Positions 1-9,481 are shown, counted from the first letter of the stretch. The stretch: 64,000 nucleotides of DNA from Candidatus Gottesmanbacteria bacterium (GCA_030679255.1 JAUXTO010000019.1:1699-65698); one strand, 5' to 3'. Program-made: numbers and translations. Notes: generated from the sequence alone by a model not told the origin.

Positions 1-673
1 GAGCGGTCCCCTCCTCGTTGGGACTGATGGTATCAGTACTACTTCTGATACTCTTTATATAGAAAAGAATAAAACAGCAAACCTTGATATCATGAATGGC
101 ACCATCGTCGTCAATACCGCGGGTGACGTCATCGTGACCGGCAACCTGGCCATTTCAGGAAATGTAGCAATTGGTGGCGTCCTGGGAGTCAACCGACTCT
201 CCCCGACCAACGGCGAACTAACCATAGACCTTACCCGTTATGGGGGGACCGGGACAGAATCCGCAGACCTCGTCGACCGCTTTGGCCGGTTCCTCATCGA
301 ACGCGAAGGAAAAACTGTTGCAAGTATCACAGCGTCAGGATCTGGGATATTCGCCGGAGATATCATCGCTTCCGGATCAGGAACATTTAGAAAATTGCTC
401 ATCAGCGGTGTTGATTCCGGGAATTCAACGGATTCCCGGAATCTGCTGGCCACGCCATCTGCTGGCACTGCTACCCTTCCTGCCGGGTCCACTCAAATCA
501 CCATTCCCAACGCGCTCGTCACCGGGGAGTCTCTCATCTACATCACTCCCGTCTCCTCGACAGGGAACCAGGTCCTCTATATATATAGGAAGCGTGGTGG
601 ACTGGACTTCACCGTGGGGGTCGACCAAGCACTGAACCAGGATATCCAGTTTAACTGGTGGATAATAAATTAA
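1..673 (+). CDS. C-terminal part of a large surface/fibre-like protein (5'-truncated by the window)
   Basis: Frame +2 is open from base 2 to the stop at 671-673. G/T/S-rich beta-type sequence; the C-terminal 'SAGTATLPAGSTQITI...FNWWIIN' is typical of large CPR surface proteins. Confidence 0.75.
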   Translation, partial: SGPLLVGTDGISTTSDTLYIEKNKTANLDIMNGTIVVNTAGDVIVTGNLAISGNVAIGGVLGVNRLSPTNGELTIDLTRYGGTGTESADLVDRFGRFLIEREGKTVASITASGSGIFAGDIIASGSGTFRKLLISGVDSGNSTDSRNLLATPSAGTATLPAGSTQITIPNALVTGESLIYITPVSSTGNQVLYIYRKRGGLDFTVGVDQALNQDIQFNWWIIN

Positions 674-674
674 C

Positions 675-855
675 TGCGTAGCCCCGCACCAGCGCCCTTC
701 GCGAGCCTCCCGCTTAGCGGGACGGCGCGAAGCAAGCTTGGTGCTGGGGGTGGATTATCAATTAGATGCGAAGCCCCGTACAGACGCCCCTCGGCTGCAC
801 GGACGCCAGACTGTGAGACGAGGTAAGTGTTGTACTGGGGTTGGATTATCAATTA
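675..855. repeat. Two tandem ~90-bp hairpin units with covarying stems (IS200/IS605-end-like)
   Basis: Units 675-764 and 767-855 share tgcg.agccccg...tgggg.tggattatcaatta. Stems covary (gcacca/tggtgc vs gtaca/tgtac; cttcg/cgaag vs cctcg/cgagg). Confidence 0.65.
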
Positions 856-1374
856 ATCAGCACATACCGCGTAGTCGGTACTGCTGACTTTGCCGCTGCA
901 CGGGGTCGCACATTTCGTCTGGCTCTTGGCAATCTCGGCGTCTGAGGCATTATCCAGAGGCACCTTGAGACAAAAGTCATCAGTATTACTTGCTACAGGA
1001 TAATAAAACATACTACTCCCTAAATCACTTGGAAACTTCTTCATATAGATTACAGCGCATCCATCAGTCCCTCCTGCAGTAAAATCAGCGGCACTTGTGC
1101 ACGCTGGTGTCATTGGACACTCGCTAGTACCGAGACTTCCACAACCCTTGATATAATTCTGTTTCCCGATACCGCCGTTAAAATTAGTAGGGTAACTATT
1201 GTAATCATTATAGTACAACCGGAGTGCTTGCTTAAGCTGCTGTATTTCTGATTTCTTTTTGGTATCTTTTGCCCGTTCACGCGCACTGAGAAGATTGGGA
1301 ACCGCCGCGCCAATAATGACGGCGATAATGGCTATGACGACAAGAAGCTCGATGAGGGTGAATCCTTTTTTCAT
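853..1374 (-). CDS. Type IV prepilin / GspG-like protein
   Basis: MKKG|FTLIELLVVIAII class III signal peptide, conserved 'RERAKDTKKKSEI..LKQALRLYYND...YP', Cys-rich C-terminus. Start placed at ATG 1374. Confidence 0.92.
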   Translation of the reverse strand: MKKGFTLIELLVVIAIIAVIIGAAVPNLLSARERAKDTKKKSEIQQLKQALRLYYNDYNSYPTNFNGGIGKQNYIKGCGSLGTSECPMTPACTSAADFTAGGTDGCAVIYMKKFPSDLGSSMFYYPVASNTDDFCLKVPLDNASDAEIAKSQTKCATPCSGKVSSTDYAVCAD

Positions 1375-1375
1375 A

Positions 1376-1984
1376 TTACTGAAGTGGTGTCCTCCCATCC
1401 TCCGGCGTTTTATTGGCTGAGGACACACCATAATTACAGGTGAGACTTGTGGATCCACTGCTGCAATTGGTTCCTGTATAACTCTGAGCAGTGGTCCCAC
1501 TGTGTGGTATGTCATTGTCTTGGGTATTTTCAAGTCGTGCATAGAGTTGATATGAAGGTGGACTCGTGCCAGTCTTATCGTAATAATACACGCGTCCGGT
1601 TGCGGGATCGCTTGGCAACTTTGGCATGTACATGGTTTTCACATTTGTCCCACCAGTTTTCAACGTTTGAAATGGACTCCCCCATTCACAAACCGATGTC
1701 CCCGCTGTTCCGCAACCATAAATTTGAAAGTTTGTGTCACTGGGATACGTCCCATAATCATTAAAATAGAATTCCAAAGCAGTGGCGATTTGTTTGAGAT
1801 CGCTTTTCCGTTTACTATCACGCGACTTGGCCTGCACACTCTTGTAACTCGTGAGCCCGACCGTCACGAGGATGCCGAGGATGGCCATAACGACCAATAA
1901 TTCCATCAACGTAAAGCCAGAGGACGGAAAACGGAAAACTGAAAACGGAAAAATCTTTTTATGTTTCACTGTATGGTTTTTCAT
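1376..1984 (-). CDS. Type IV prepilin / GspG-like protein
   Basis: SG|FTLMELLVVMAILGIL and 'KSRDSKRKSDLKQIATALEFYFNDYGTYP'. The leader contains a heptamer repeat (acggaaa)n. Confidence 0.92.
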   Translation of the reverse strand: MKNHTVKHKKIFPFSVFRFPSSGFTLMELLVVMAILGILVTVGLTSYKSVQAKSRDSKRKSDLKQIATALEFYFNDYGTYPSDTNFQIYGCGTAGTSVCEWGSPFQTLKTGGTNVKTMYMPKLPSDPATGRVYYYDKTGTSPPSYQLYARLENTQDNDIPHSGTTAQSYTGTNCSSGSTSLTCNYGVSSANKTPEDGRTPLQ

Positions 1985-2023
1985 AGCCTTCTTCAGTTTA
2001 CATTTTACCGTTTACCATGTCTA

Positions 2024-2665
2024 TTATAAGCAACGATTATCCCAACGGGTCGGACTACATTGATTATAACAATTGCTATCCGCATATGACACGGGACAAG
2101 TACTCAAGTTCGTAGTTGAATTACATATTCCGTTCGCATCACAGGCATTAAATCCAGTCTGGAAGGGAGGCGTCGGTGTGGGCGTGTAATTGGGATTAAA
2201 TCCCGGTAGAGCCACCGTCGCACCGGAAGATATGCCATAATTAAATCCGACCCCAAATCCACACCCCGTCACGCCATTACACCCTTGTTTTCCGATGTCC
2301 GCGTCGCTTGTATCCCGCAGACTCGTAAACACCCGGTACCCACTGCACAAATTTGCATCATTGACTGGGACATATTTATACGGGAGTTTGGATACCGGGT
2401 CACAAGGAATCGCGGCAAGATACGGCTGAAGCGCGGTACCGTTGCACGTGCTTAAAACAGTCGCCGACGGATAGCACCCTTTATCGTTAAAATATTCTTC
2501 AAAGGCACGTTTAATGTCCGTGAGATGTTTTTTCCGCAGCACATCCTGGCCCCGGTTGATCTGCACGCGCCAATTGATGAAAATGACGCCCAAGATGAGG
2601 GCAATGATCGAGACAGCGATCATAAGCTCGACGAGGGTAAATCCGTGAGAGTACTTGTACTTCAT
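2024..2665 (-). CDS. Type IV prepilin / GspG-like protein with Cys-rich tail
   Basis: HG|FTLVELMIAVSII, 'RGQDVLRKKHL..IKRAFEEYFNDKGCYP', PTPTP linker. Start placed at ATG 2665. Confidence 0.9.
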   Translation of the reverse strand: MKYKYSHGFTLVELMIAVSIIALILGVIFINWRVQINRGQDVLRKKHLTDIKRAFEEYFNDKGCYPSATVLSTCNGTALQPYLAAIPCDPVSKLPYKYVPVNDANLCSGYRVFTSLRDTSDADIGKQGCNGVTGCGFGVGFNYGISSGATVALPGFNPNYTPTPTPPFQTGFNACDANGICNSTTNLSTCPVSYADSNCYNQCSPTRWDNRCL

Positions 2666-2704
2666 ATATTTATTGTGTACTATGTTTTTAATGGAGTCAA
2701 TGCG

Positions 2705-2914
2705 ATGAAAGCACATCAACAGTATCGGCTACAATTCTCAGAAAAACTCATGGATCTAGGCAATCTCACTGCAGGGGCCCTTATTTTCGGACAATTTCTA
2801 TCAGGCAAGGAGTTTTCCTTATCGCTGTTTCTCGTCGGTATAGGGCTCATGGTATCGTGTTATACGATAAGCTTTCTCATTATCAACAGAAAGGAGGCAT
2901 CATGGAACCGGTAA
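2705..2914 (+). CDS. Small two-TM membrane protein
   Basis: MKAHQQYRLQFSEKLMDLGNLTAGALIFGQF...; two hydrophobic segments; coupled to a downstream micro-ORF. Confidence 0.65.
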   Translation: MKAHQQYRLQFSEKLMDLGNLTAGALIFGQFLSGKEFSLSLFLVGIGLMVSCYTISFLIINRKEASWNR

Positions 2915-2985
2915 TATGGTTTTTACTCAGTATAATGGTCTTGGTTATTACAGGAGGTTTATTGGTCAATAAATATACAAAATAA
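2902..2985 (+). CDS. 27-aa single-TM peptide
   Basis: AAGGAGG at 2891-2897, then MEPVIWFLLSIMVLVITGGLLVNKYTK*. Confidence 0.55.
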   Translation: MEPVIWFLLSIMVLVITGGLLVNKYTK

Positions 2986-2987
2986 TC

Positions 2988-3110
2988 ATGCCGATAAATT
3001 TAGATCAGGTACTCAACACAGGGTCACTGCTTCTTACATTATATGTCATCGCCGCAGTGCTTCTTTATGTCGTGTTTATCAAAAAATCATCAAAACCCAA
3101 ACGGGCATAA
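2988..3110 (+). CDS. 40-aa single-TM peptide
   Basis: MPINLDQVLNTGSLLLTLYVIAAVLLYVVFIKKSSKPKRA*, starting 2 nt after the previous stop; TM segment plus basic tail. Confidence 0.5.
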   Translation: MPINLDQVLNTGSLLLTLYVIAAVLLYVVFIKKSSKPKRA

Positions 3111-3124
3111 CTCCCGACGGGTCT

Positions 3125-3388
3125 ATGAAAAAACCACTGAACATACCGACGTTTAAAAACGAGGACGAAGAACGCAAGTTTTGGCGGGCTCTTGATCTGT
3201 CCGAGTACTACGAACCCAAAGACCTCGTGCCCGTAAGTTTTCCAAACCTGAAGCCCACCACGCGGGCAATCTCCATCCGCATCCCGGAGTACCTCATAGA
3301 CCGGGTCAAGGAAAAAGCCAACGCGATCAACATACCGTACCAGTCCCTCATCAAACAGTACATCGCCTGGGGTACGGCTACCCCTTGA
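3125..3388 (+). CDS. BrnA/CopG-type antitoxin (orphan)
   Basis: 'IPTFKNEDEERKFW' and 'FPNLKPTTRAISIRIP...IPYQSLIK' RHH signature. Confidence 0.85.
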   Translation: MKKPLNIPTFKNEDEERKFWRALDLSEYYEPKDLVPVSFPNLKPTTRAISIRIPEYLIDRVKEKANAINIPYQSLIKQYIAWGTATP

Positions 3389-3473
3389 CATCTCACCCGA
3401 AAAAAATAATTTTCCTTGTGGTATAGTACATTCATAACGCGTTTCCGGATAGAAATTTTCGACAGGAGGTACA

Positions 3474-3705
3474 ATGAAATTTCATTATTATCAAGACACC
3501 GATACGCTCTACCGATACGCTCTACATTGAACTCATGGATACGCCCAGCGCCGATACCCGTGAGGTGGTGCCGGGTGTCCTCATGGATTTGGATAGTAAA
3601 GGAAAACTCGTGGGTATCGACATAGACCACGCAAGTAATTTCGTCAATCTCACGAAGCTTGAAGCACAAGGCCTGCCAAACGCCCGCTTCTCCGTCCACG
3701 CGTAG
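3474..3705 (+). pseudogene. DUF2283-family gene frameshifted by a 13-bp tandem duplication
   Basis: AGGAGG at 3464-3469, ATG 3474. accgatacgctct is duplicated (3498-3510, 3511-3523); removing one copy gives MKFHYYQDTDTLYIEL...DLDSKGKLVGIDIDHAS...*. Confidence 0.85.
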
Positions 3706-3765
3706 CGCACAAGCATAACTCCCATCTTGACATCCCGCCCGAAACTCCATACAACTATATAGAGC

Positions 3766-6540
3766 ATGTCCCTTGCCCGCACGTTTATTCGTCGTAAATT
3801 TCTCACATTGGTCGGATTGTCCCGAAGCTGTTCCCGATTCTTATCGGGATTACAGCATCGTGGATCCCGCTTCGCGGGAGTCGTATTTATATTGGTGTTA
3901 TTGGTCGGATTGGTCGGATTCTCCGCACCCCCTGCGGCGCACGCAGAGGTCGGTACTCTTGATCTGAAAGCATCAACAGCCTCCTACTCCGGCACCATGA
4001 CGCAAGCAGGCAACCAGCCACTCCGCACTGCATTTGGACCGCTTCGTTTTGATTATAAAAGCGGACCCAACACATGGACCACGGGATTTCTCATCCGCGA
4101 AGGAGATGGGAATGTATCCATAGGATCCAATATCACGAGTGCTGACTTTAATAGTACCAGCAAACTCCGGGTCCTGGGAATCGTTGAATCCACGACCGGC
4201 GGCTTCAAATTCCCCGACGGCACGACCCAGACGTCTGCTGTAACAGCAGCTGTGGGAGGCGGATGGACGGATGGAGGGACTGATGTGTATTTGACAACCA
4301 CGACAGATAACGTCGGCATCGGGACGACGACGCCGGGGACAAAACTTCATATACAGGGCGCGGATGGTGCTACTCCTCCTGTGCTTAAAATTTCAGGACT
4401 TTCAACAAGTGGTTCTGCTCTTGGGGGTTTGGTATTTTCGGATGCAGCAGGTAATGAGTATTCTGCAATAAGACAGTTTCATACAAGTCCTACAGTAGGT
4501 CTTTCTTTTGATGTGTGGACTGGTTCGGTATTAACCCCTAAAATGGTTATTAAAGGAGACGGCAACGTCGGCATCGGGACGTCGAGCCCGGGACTTTACA
4601 CTGGTGGAATGGGAACAAACTCGCTATATGTATCACTTAATGATGCTGAGGGTTCAGTACTGGAATTAGCTAGGGGCATAAATGGTGATGGAGGGGTGCC
4701 AGGCGTATTAGCATTTGTCAATCCAAATAACTCCAGTGTTACAACAAATAATGCAAATGCTCGTGTAGTCAGCGCGATTTATTCTGTGCTAGAAACAACA
4801 AATGTCAATGCAGGATTAGATAGTGGAGGACATCTCTACTTCGATACAAAACCAGAAGCAGGAGCAACGGCAACTCGCATGGTGATTACAAGTGCCGGCA
4901 ACGTCGGGATCGGATCTACCGCTCCGGGAGCGAAGCTCGAAGTTGCAGGCAACATTGACTCCTCTACCGGCGCCCTCCAGACGGCAGGGGTGACGCGGAT
5001 CGACAACTCCGGCGTCGGCACCCTCGCCGCAGGAACGACAATCGGAGGAAGCGCCGTTGGATGCTCAGGTGCTCCAAATAGCAGTGCCTGTCTCAAAGCC
5101 ACCGGCACCGGCACGGGGAGTACGGGGACGGGGAGTATTTACTTTTTGGATAGCAGTGGGGGCACAAGGGGAAGGTTTTCGACACTTCCGAGCGATGCTG
5201 CACTCGATACAAATTTTGGCACAGGAGCAGATGGTGCAGTCACCATTTCCACGGCAAAAAACATCAACACACAAACGATAAATACTGATAGAAGTTACGC
5301 TGATGGCATTGCCTATCGCGTCAACGCTCCAGCAGACAGCGCCACCAGTGTCACTCGCTACTCAGGTTCGGACACTCTCACAAATGGCCTGGTCGCAAAC
5401 GACGAGGTCCTGCTCATCAATATTCAGGGAGCTTCCGGCGACTCGGCAGATGGAGGAAATTACGAATTCATGAGAATAAAAAATATTTCAATAAGCACGG
5501 TAACTTTTACGACCGCTATAACAAAATCCTTCAACGGCACTACTGCTTCCAACCAAAAAGTCGTCATCCAACGTATCCCCCAATACACCAACGTCACCCT
5601 CTCCGGCTCCGGTTCTCTCACGGCTTCGGCATGGCAGGGGTTGACAACTACTCCCACCGGTGCCGCCGGATACCTCACCGGAATCGTCGCCTTTCGAGCA
5701 ACAGGGACGGTAAGTGTCGGAGCCGGAACGAGTATTACCACGACTAATTTAGGTTTCCGGGCAGGTCCCGGCAATCCTGCTCTCCAAGGTGAATCGTATG
5801 GAAATTATGGAACTGCAAGTAGTAATGCTAATCTTGGGGGCGGAGGAGGCGGTGGTAATTATGGAGGTGGAGGTGGAGGTGGTTACGCAGCTACAGGATC
5901 AAGTGGAACAAACGGCGGTACTCCAGGTACGGGGGGAACAAGTCATGGTTTAGCAGCATTAACAACATTATTTCCAGGATCCGGAGGTGGAGCTGGAGGG
6001 AATGATCCTGTGGCATCGCATGCGGGTGCTGGGGGTGGCGCAGGTGGAGGAATAATATTTATTGCCGGATCTACGGTAACAAACTCCGGAACAATCACCT
6101 CAAATGGTCAAGGGGGAACTACCCAAAATGGAGATGCCAGAGCGGGAAGTGGAGGAGGAGGCACGGGAGGCTCAATTTTCATAACAGGCAATACCATCAC
6201 TTTGGGAACAAGCATCGTGACCGCTTCGGCAGGATCGGGAACCGGCAGTGGACCTGGCACTGGTGGATACGGTGGAGCAGGGTCAGTGGGTCGTGTTCGA
6301 GTAGAGTATACTGGTTCTCTTTCCGGAACGACTTCACCGGCAGCCTCGACTGCCACCTCAATCTCCGCTAACGCACAAGCTCCTTCAAACACCGGAATCT
6401 ATGGCACTCTCTATCTTGGTGCCACCAATACCTCCTCGGCTGACTTGGCAGAATATTATGTGAGTGGTGACAGCTCCATCGCTGCGGGGGATGTGGTAGT
6501 CATAAATCAAAAGTCAAAAGTCAAAACGGGGAAGACGTAG
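3766..6540 (+). CDS. Large secreted Gly-rich fibre/adhesin-like protein, N-terminal part
   Basis: Signal peptide (AAHA|E), repeated GNVGIGT motifs, Gly-rich domain, start of the C-terminal 'ADLAEYY..GDVV' domain. Confidence 0.85.
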   Translation: MSLARTFIRRKFLTLVGLSRSCSRFLSGLQHRGSRFAGVVFILVLLVGLVGFSAPPAAHAEVGTLDLKASTASYSGTMTQAGNQPLRTAFGPLRFDYKSGPNTWTTGFLIREGDGNVSIGSNITSADFNSTSKLRVLGIVESTTGGFKFPDGTTQTSAVTAAVGGGWTDGGTDVYLTTTTDNVGIGTTTPGTKLHIQGADGATPPVLKISGLSTSGSALGGLVFSDAAGNEYSAIRQFHTSPTVGLSFDVWTGSVLTPKMVIKGDGNVGIGTSSPGLYTGGMGTNSLYVSLNDAEGSVLELARGINGDGGVPGVLAFVNPNNSSVTTNNANARVVSAIYSVLETTNVNAGLDSGGHLYFDTKPEAGATATRMVITSAGNVGIGSTAPGAKLEVAGNIDSSTGALQTAGVTRIDNSGVGTLAAGTTIGGSAVGCSGAPNSSACLKATGTGTGSTGTGSIYFLDSSGGTRGRFSTLPSDAALDTNFGTGADGAVTISTAKNINTQTINTDRSYADGIAYRVNAPADSATSVTRYSGSDTLTNGLVANDEVLLINIQGASGDSADGGNYEFMRIKNISISTVTFTTAITKSFNGTTASNQKVVIQRIPQYTNVTLSGSGSLTASAWQGLTTTPTGAAGYLTGIVAFRATGTVSVGAGTSITTTNLGFRAGPGNPALQGESYGNYGTASSNANLGGGGGGGNYGGGGGGGYAATGSSGTNGGTPGTGGTSHGLAALTTLFPGSGGGAGGNDPVASHAGAGGGAGGGIIFIAGSTVTNSGTITSNGQGGTTQNGDARAGSGGGGTGGSIFITGNTITLGTSIVTASAGSGTGSGPGTGGYGGAGSVGRVRVEYTGSLSGTTSPAASTATSISANAQAPSNTGIYGTLYLGATNTSSADLAEYYVSGDSSIAAGDVVVINQKSKVKTGKT

Positions 6541-6554
6541 ACAATAAAGGAGTT

Positions 6555-7061
6555 TTGATGAAGGCGGAGAAGGCGTATGATCAAAAACTCATCGGTATCA
6601 TCTCGACCAATCCCGGAGTCTTGATGGGAAGTATTGAAGGAGAGAACAAGGAAGATAAACGGATGCTCGCCCTTGCGGGGAGAGTGCCGGTGAAGATTGA
6701 CCCGGAATCCCCTACTATAGAAGTTGGCGACTTTTTAACCTCAAGTGATAAACCCGGACTGGCGATGAAAGCCACCAAGGCAGGATATGTCGTCGGAAGG
6801 GCGCTGGAAAAATGGACCCCCCTTCGCCAAGGCTTCGGAGGGGCAAGCAAAATTGAGGCTTTTGTGTCACTGAGTTATTACATGGGCGAGCTCAATGAAA
6901 AAGGCGATCTGCGTACCTTTACTGCAGACACAATTAAGGCAAACACCGTATCAACAAAGATGCTCAATGTTGGTGGGGTGGATGTCATAGACAGGATGAA
7001 CAAACAGCAAACCGAAATAGACGACCTCAAGAGACGGTTGGAAACGGTAGAAAAACGGTAA
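6555..7061 (+). CDS. C-terminal part of the preceding protein (peptidase G2/IMC-like domain plus coiled coil), out of frame
   Basis: 'LIGIISTNPG...LALAGRVPVK...GDFLTSS..PG.AMKA...VGRALE' normally follows ADLAE in one domain. The frame break lies at the heptamer tract 6507-6527. Confidence 0.8.
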   Translation: MMKAEKAYDQKLIGIISTNPGVLMGSIEGENKEDKRMLALAGRVPVKIDPESPTIEVGDFLTSSDKPGLAMKATKAGYVVGRALEKWTPLRQGFGGASKIEAFVSLSYYMGELNEKGDLRTFTADTIKANTVSTKMLNVGGVDVIDRMNKQQTEIDDLKRRLETVEKR

Positions 7062-7137
7062 CTCACACCATTGACTCCCACCCTTCGGGTGAACCCCAGA
7101 TTTTAATATCATTTGTATTCACCGTATTAATCTATCA

Positions 7138-7166
7138 TTGACATCCATAAATATCCGGTGTAATAT
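7138..7166 (+). promoter_or_regulatory. Sigma70-type promoter, leaderless geometry
   Basis: TTGACA-17-TAATAT, 6 nt before ATG 7173. Confidence 0.75.
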
Positions 7167-7172
7167 GGGAGT

Positions 7173-8345
7173 ATGATCACAATCCGTCATCTGGATGCTG
7201 CTATCACCACCCATGTTCGTACCTTCAAAGAAGTACTCATTCTTCTCGGCGCCCGCCAGGTAGGCAAAACAACCATGCTTACCCGACTCTTTCCCCAAGC
7301 GCAGTACGCAACAGTTGACAACGAGCATGTCCGCAGTATTTTGGATCGATATGATATCAGTGCATATCGGGAGCTCGTCCCTCGGGGCACAACCATGCTC
7401 ATACTCGATGAAGTGCATCTGCTCAAAGACCCAGGAAGAGCGGTAAAAATACTGTATGACCAGTTACCTGAGATACGGCTCATCGTGACGGGATCTTCAG
7501 CATTTTGGATAAAAAACCGCACCACAGAGAGTTTAGCCGGTAGGAAGATAGAGTACCATTTATTTCCGTTGACGATGAGCGAGTATCTTGTGCAAACGGG
7601 GAGCGCACAGCAACTTTACTACCCCATCCTTCGTCACACGGGCGATCATGCGAAATTTCCTTCCGAACGGATATACCCGTTTGATCTCTCCGCCATCACC
7701 CAATCTGTGATGCGGTATGGACTGTATCCGGCTACCGTTGGTCACTCCAACAAAGAACTATACCTGACCAATCTCGCGGAAAGCGTCGTGTTTCGGGACC
7801 TTTTGGAATTATCGCTTATCGAAAACAGATCCGCGGCAAGGAACCTCCTCAAGCTCCTTGCGTTTCAAACAGGAAATCTCGTCAACTTCAGTGAACTCGC
7901 GGAAAAACTTTCTATTGACGTCAAAACCGTACGGCGCTACCTGACGCTTTTTGAACAAAGCTCCATCGTGTTTACTCTCCCGCCCTACATGAAAAGCGGC
8001 AGAAAAGAGATCGGAAAAATGGCCAAGGTCTATTTTTTTGATGTGGGACTACGCAATGCGATCATTGGTAATTTCAATCCTATGAACTCGCGACCGGACA
8101 GCGGAGCACTCTTTGAAAATCTTGTCGTATCGGAATGCTACAAAGCCAATGTCTACGGTCATTTTGGCTACCAGCTCCATTTCTGGCGCACAACCGATGG
8201 ATCAGAAGTGGATCTGGTTCTTTCTAAAGGAGATACGCTTATAGGACTTGAGGTAAAATCCTCTTCTCGTCGGACAAATCAGGCATTTCTCAATCGGTAT
8301 CCAACCGCGACCCTTTCGACCATTACACCAAATAATTATCTGTAA
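7173..8345 (+). CDS. AAA_14 ATPase with DUF4143 (PD-(D/E)XK-like) C-terminus
   Basis: Walker A GARQVGKTT, Walker B ILDEVH, 'VTGSS', 'ESLAGR', 'GALFENLV', 'EVDLV...LEVK'. Confidence 0.92.
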   Translation: MITIRHLDAAITTHVRTFKEVLILLGARQVGKTTMLTRLFPQAQYATVDNEHVRSILDRYDISAYRELVPRGTTMLILDEVHLLKDPGRAVKILYDQLPEIRLIVTGSSAFWIKNRTTESLAGRKIEYHLFPLTMSEYLVQTGSAQQLYYPILRHTGDHAKFPSERIYPFDLSAITQSVMRYGLYPATVGHSNKELYLTNLAESVVFRDLLELSLIENRSAARNLLKLLAFQTGNLVNFSELAEKLSIDVKTVRRYLTLFEQSSIVFTLPPYMKSGRKEIGKMAKVYFFDVGLRNAIIGNFNPMNSRPDSGALFENLVVSECYKANVYGHFGYQLHFWRTTDGSEVDLVLSKGDTLIGLEVKSSSRRTNQAFLNRYPTATLSTITPNNYL

Positions 8346-8401
8346 GCGCCACCCTTTGGGTAATTTACGTTCACACCCCTTCTTTTTAATTTGCCATTCA
8401 A

Positions 8402-8430
8402 TTGACAGAGATTTTATCTCTTGATACACT
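8402..8430 (+). promoter_or_regulatory. Sigma70-type promoter, leaderless geometry
   Basis: TTGACA-17-TACACT, 6 nt before GTG 8437. Confidence 0.7.
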
Positions 8431-8436
8431 CTTCGT

Positions 8437-8652
8437 GTGATAGGTATTTTCACTCTACCGAGAGCTAAATTTTTAACAGGATTGTTTACCAATCTTGCTG
8501 CGGGTTGGATCGGAGTCATCTTCATCGCACCCAACTTTTCTAATCTAGCCAATATTGAAGATGTTTGGTCTTTGACACTTGATATCTTTTTTGCTATCCT
8601 ATTTTCGTGGCTAGCAATAAAATTTGAAGAATATATAAAAAAGTATGAGTAG
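8437..8652 (+). CDS. Small two-TM membrane protein
   Basis: 'RAKFLTGLFTNLAAGWIGVIFIAP'; own promoter; architecture like 2705-2914. Confidence 0.7.
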   Translation: MIGIFTLPRAKFLTGLFTNLAAGWIGVIFIAPNFSNLANIEDVWSLTLDIFFAILFSWLAIKFEEYIKKYE

Positions 8653-8782
8653 AGAATTTTTTTTACAAATTACTGCTAATGCACAAATAGCGAGCGCGCT
8701 TTTCTTGATTGCAGTTGCACTATGGTTCATTGTTTTTAGATTATTAGAACCTAAACAAGGTTCATCTAAATCCACAAGGTGA
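8645..8782 (+). CDS. 45-aa single-TM peptide
   Basis: MSREFFLQITANAQIASALFLIAVALWFIVFRLLEPKQGSSKSTR*, overlapping the stop of the previous ORF. Confidence 0.6.
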   Translation: MSREFFLQITANAQIASALFLIAVALWFIVFRLLEPKQGSSKSTR

Positions 8783-9002
8783 CCCACACCCTGAGTACCA
8801 CCCTTCGGGTGATTTACGTTCACACCTCTTCTTGACACGGCCTTTGGCCCCCATGCTTCGGGTTTGATAAGAAAAACTTCGTACATTAGTTAGATATTCG
8901 TTCTTGAGTACTCCGTAAGAGAATAAATTCCCCATAATTTGACAATTTCGGGGAATTGTAAGCACCACCCTTCGGGTGGACTAACTTCGCAAATAGAACT
9001 CA

Positions 9003-9031
9003 TTGACAAGACTTTTTTCACGAAGTAGCAT
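9003..9031 (+). promoter_or_regulatory. Sigma70-type promoter, leaderless geometry
   Basis: TTGACA-17-TAGCAT, 6 nt before ATG 9038. Confidence 0.7.
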
Positions 9032-9037
9032 GAAACC

Positions 9038-9292
9038 ATGCTCACATTTAAGGATCTTCAGGAAATTGAAGAGTTGATTCATAAGGTCGTCAAAGACCTC
9101 ATCAGTCACTTGCCTTCAAAAGATGACTTCTATACCCGCATGGATATGCTCTCCAAAGAAATCAAAGATGCCCGCGAGGAGCTTGCCGCCCATTCTATCA
9201 GCCACGATCGACTCACGGAAAATGATGAAGAACTCGAGAAGCGAGTCTCGGTGGTGGAGAAAAAGGTTGGCGCCTACACCATGAACAACTGA
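9038..9292 (+). CDS. Small coiled-coil protein (MLT..DL-type)
   Basis: Heptad pattern, own promoter, similar to 9517-9843. Confidence 0.75.
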   Translation: MLTFKDLQEIEELIHKVVKDLISHLPSKDDFYTRMDMLSKEIKDAREELAAHSISHDRLTENDEELEKRVSVVEKKVGAYTMNN

Positions 9293-9481
9293 CACTCTGA
9301 CCCCACCCTTCGGGTGGACTAGCTCCTGCCCGCTTCGCCTGAGCTTCAGCGAGACGAGCCCGCAATGCTTTCCGCATACCCGCCAGCAACGCTTCGCGTA
9401 GCGATGCGGGCTGGGCTCATGCAGGCGGGTCGCACCTTTTCTTACAAATACCATGGTAAAATACCATGGTGAAAAAAGAAC

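Noticed and set aside
1375-1542. N-terminal extensions of track ORFs (853-1542, 2024-2719, 14203-15804, 15753-16526, 44634-46988)
   Set aside because: They overlap neighbouring genes; downstream ATGs fit the motifs and ATGA coupling.
3766-7061. Prophage tail fibre
   Set aside because: It has a signal peptide and no phage genes nearby; such fibre-like proteins are common cellular surface proteins in CPR.
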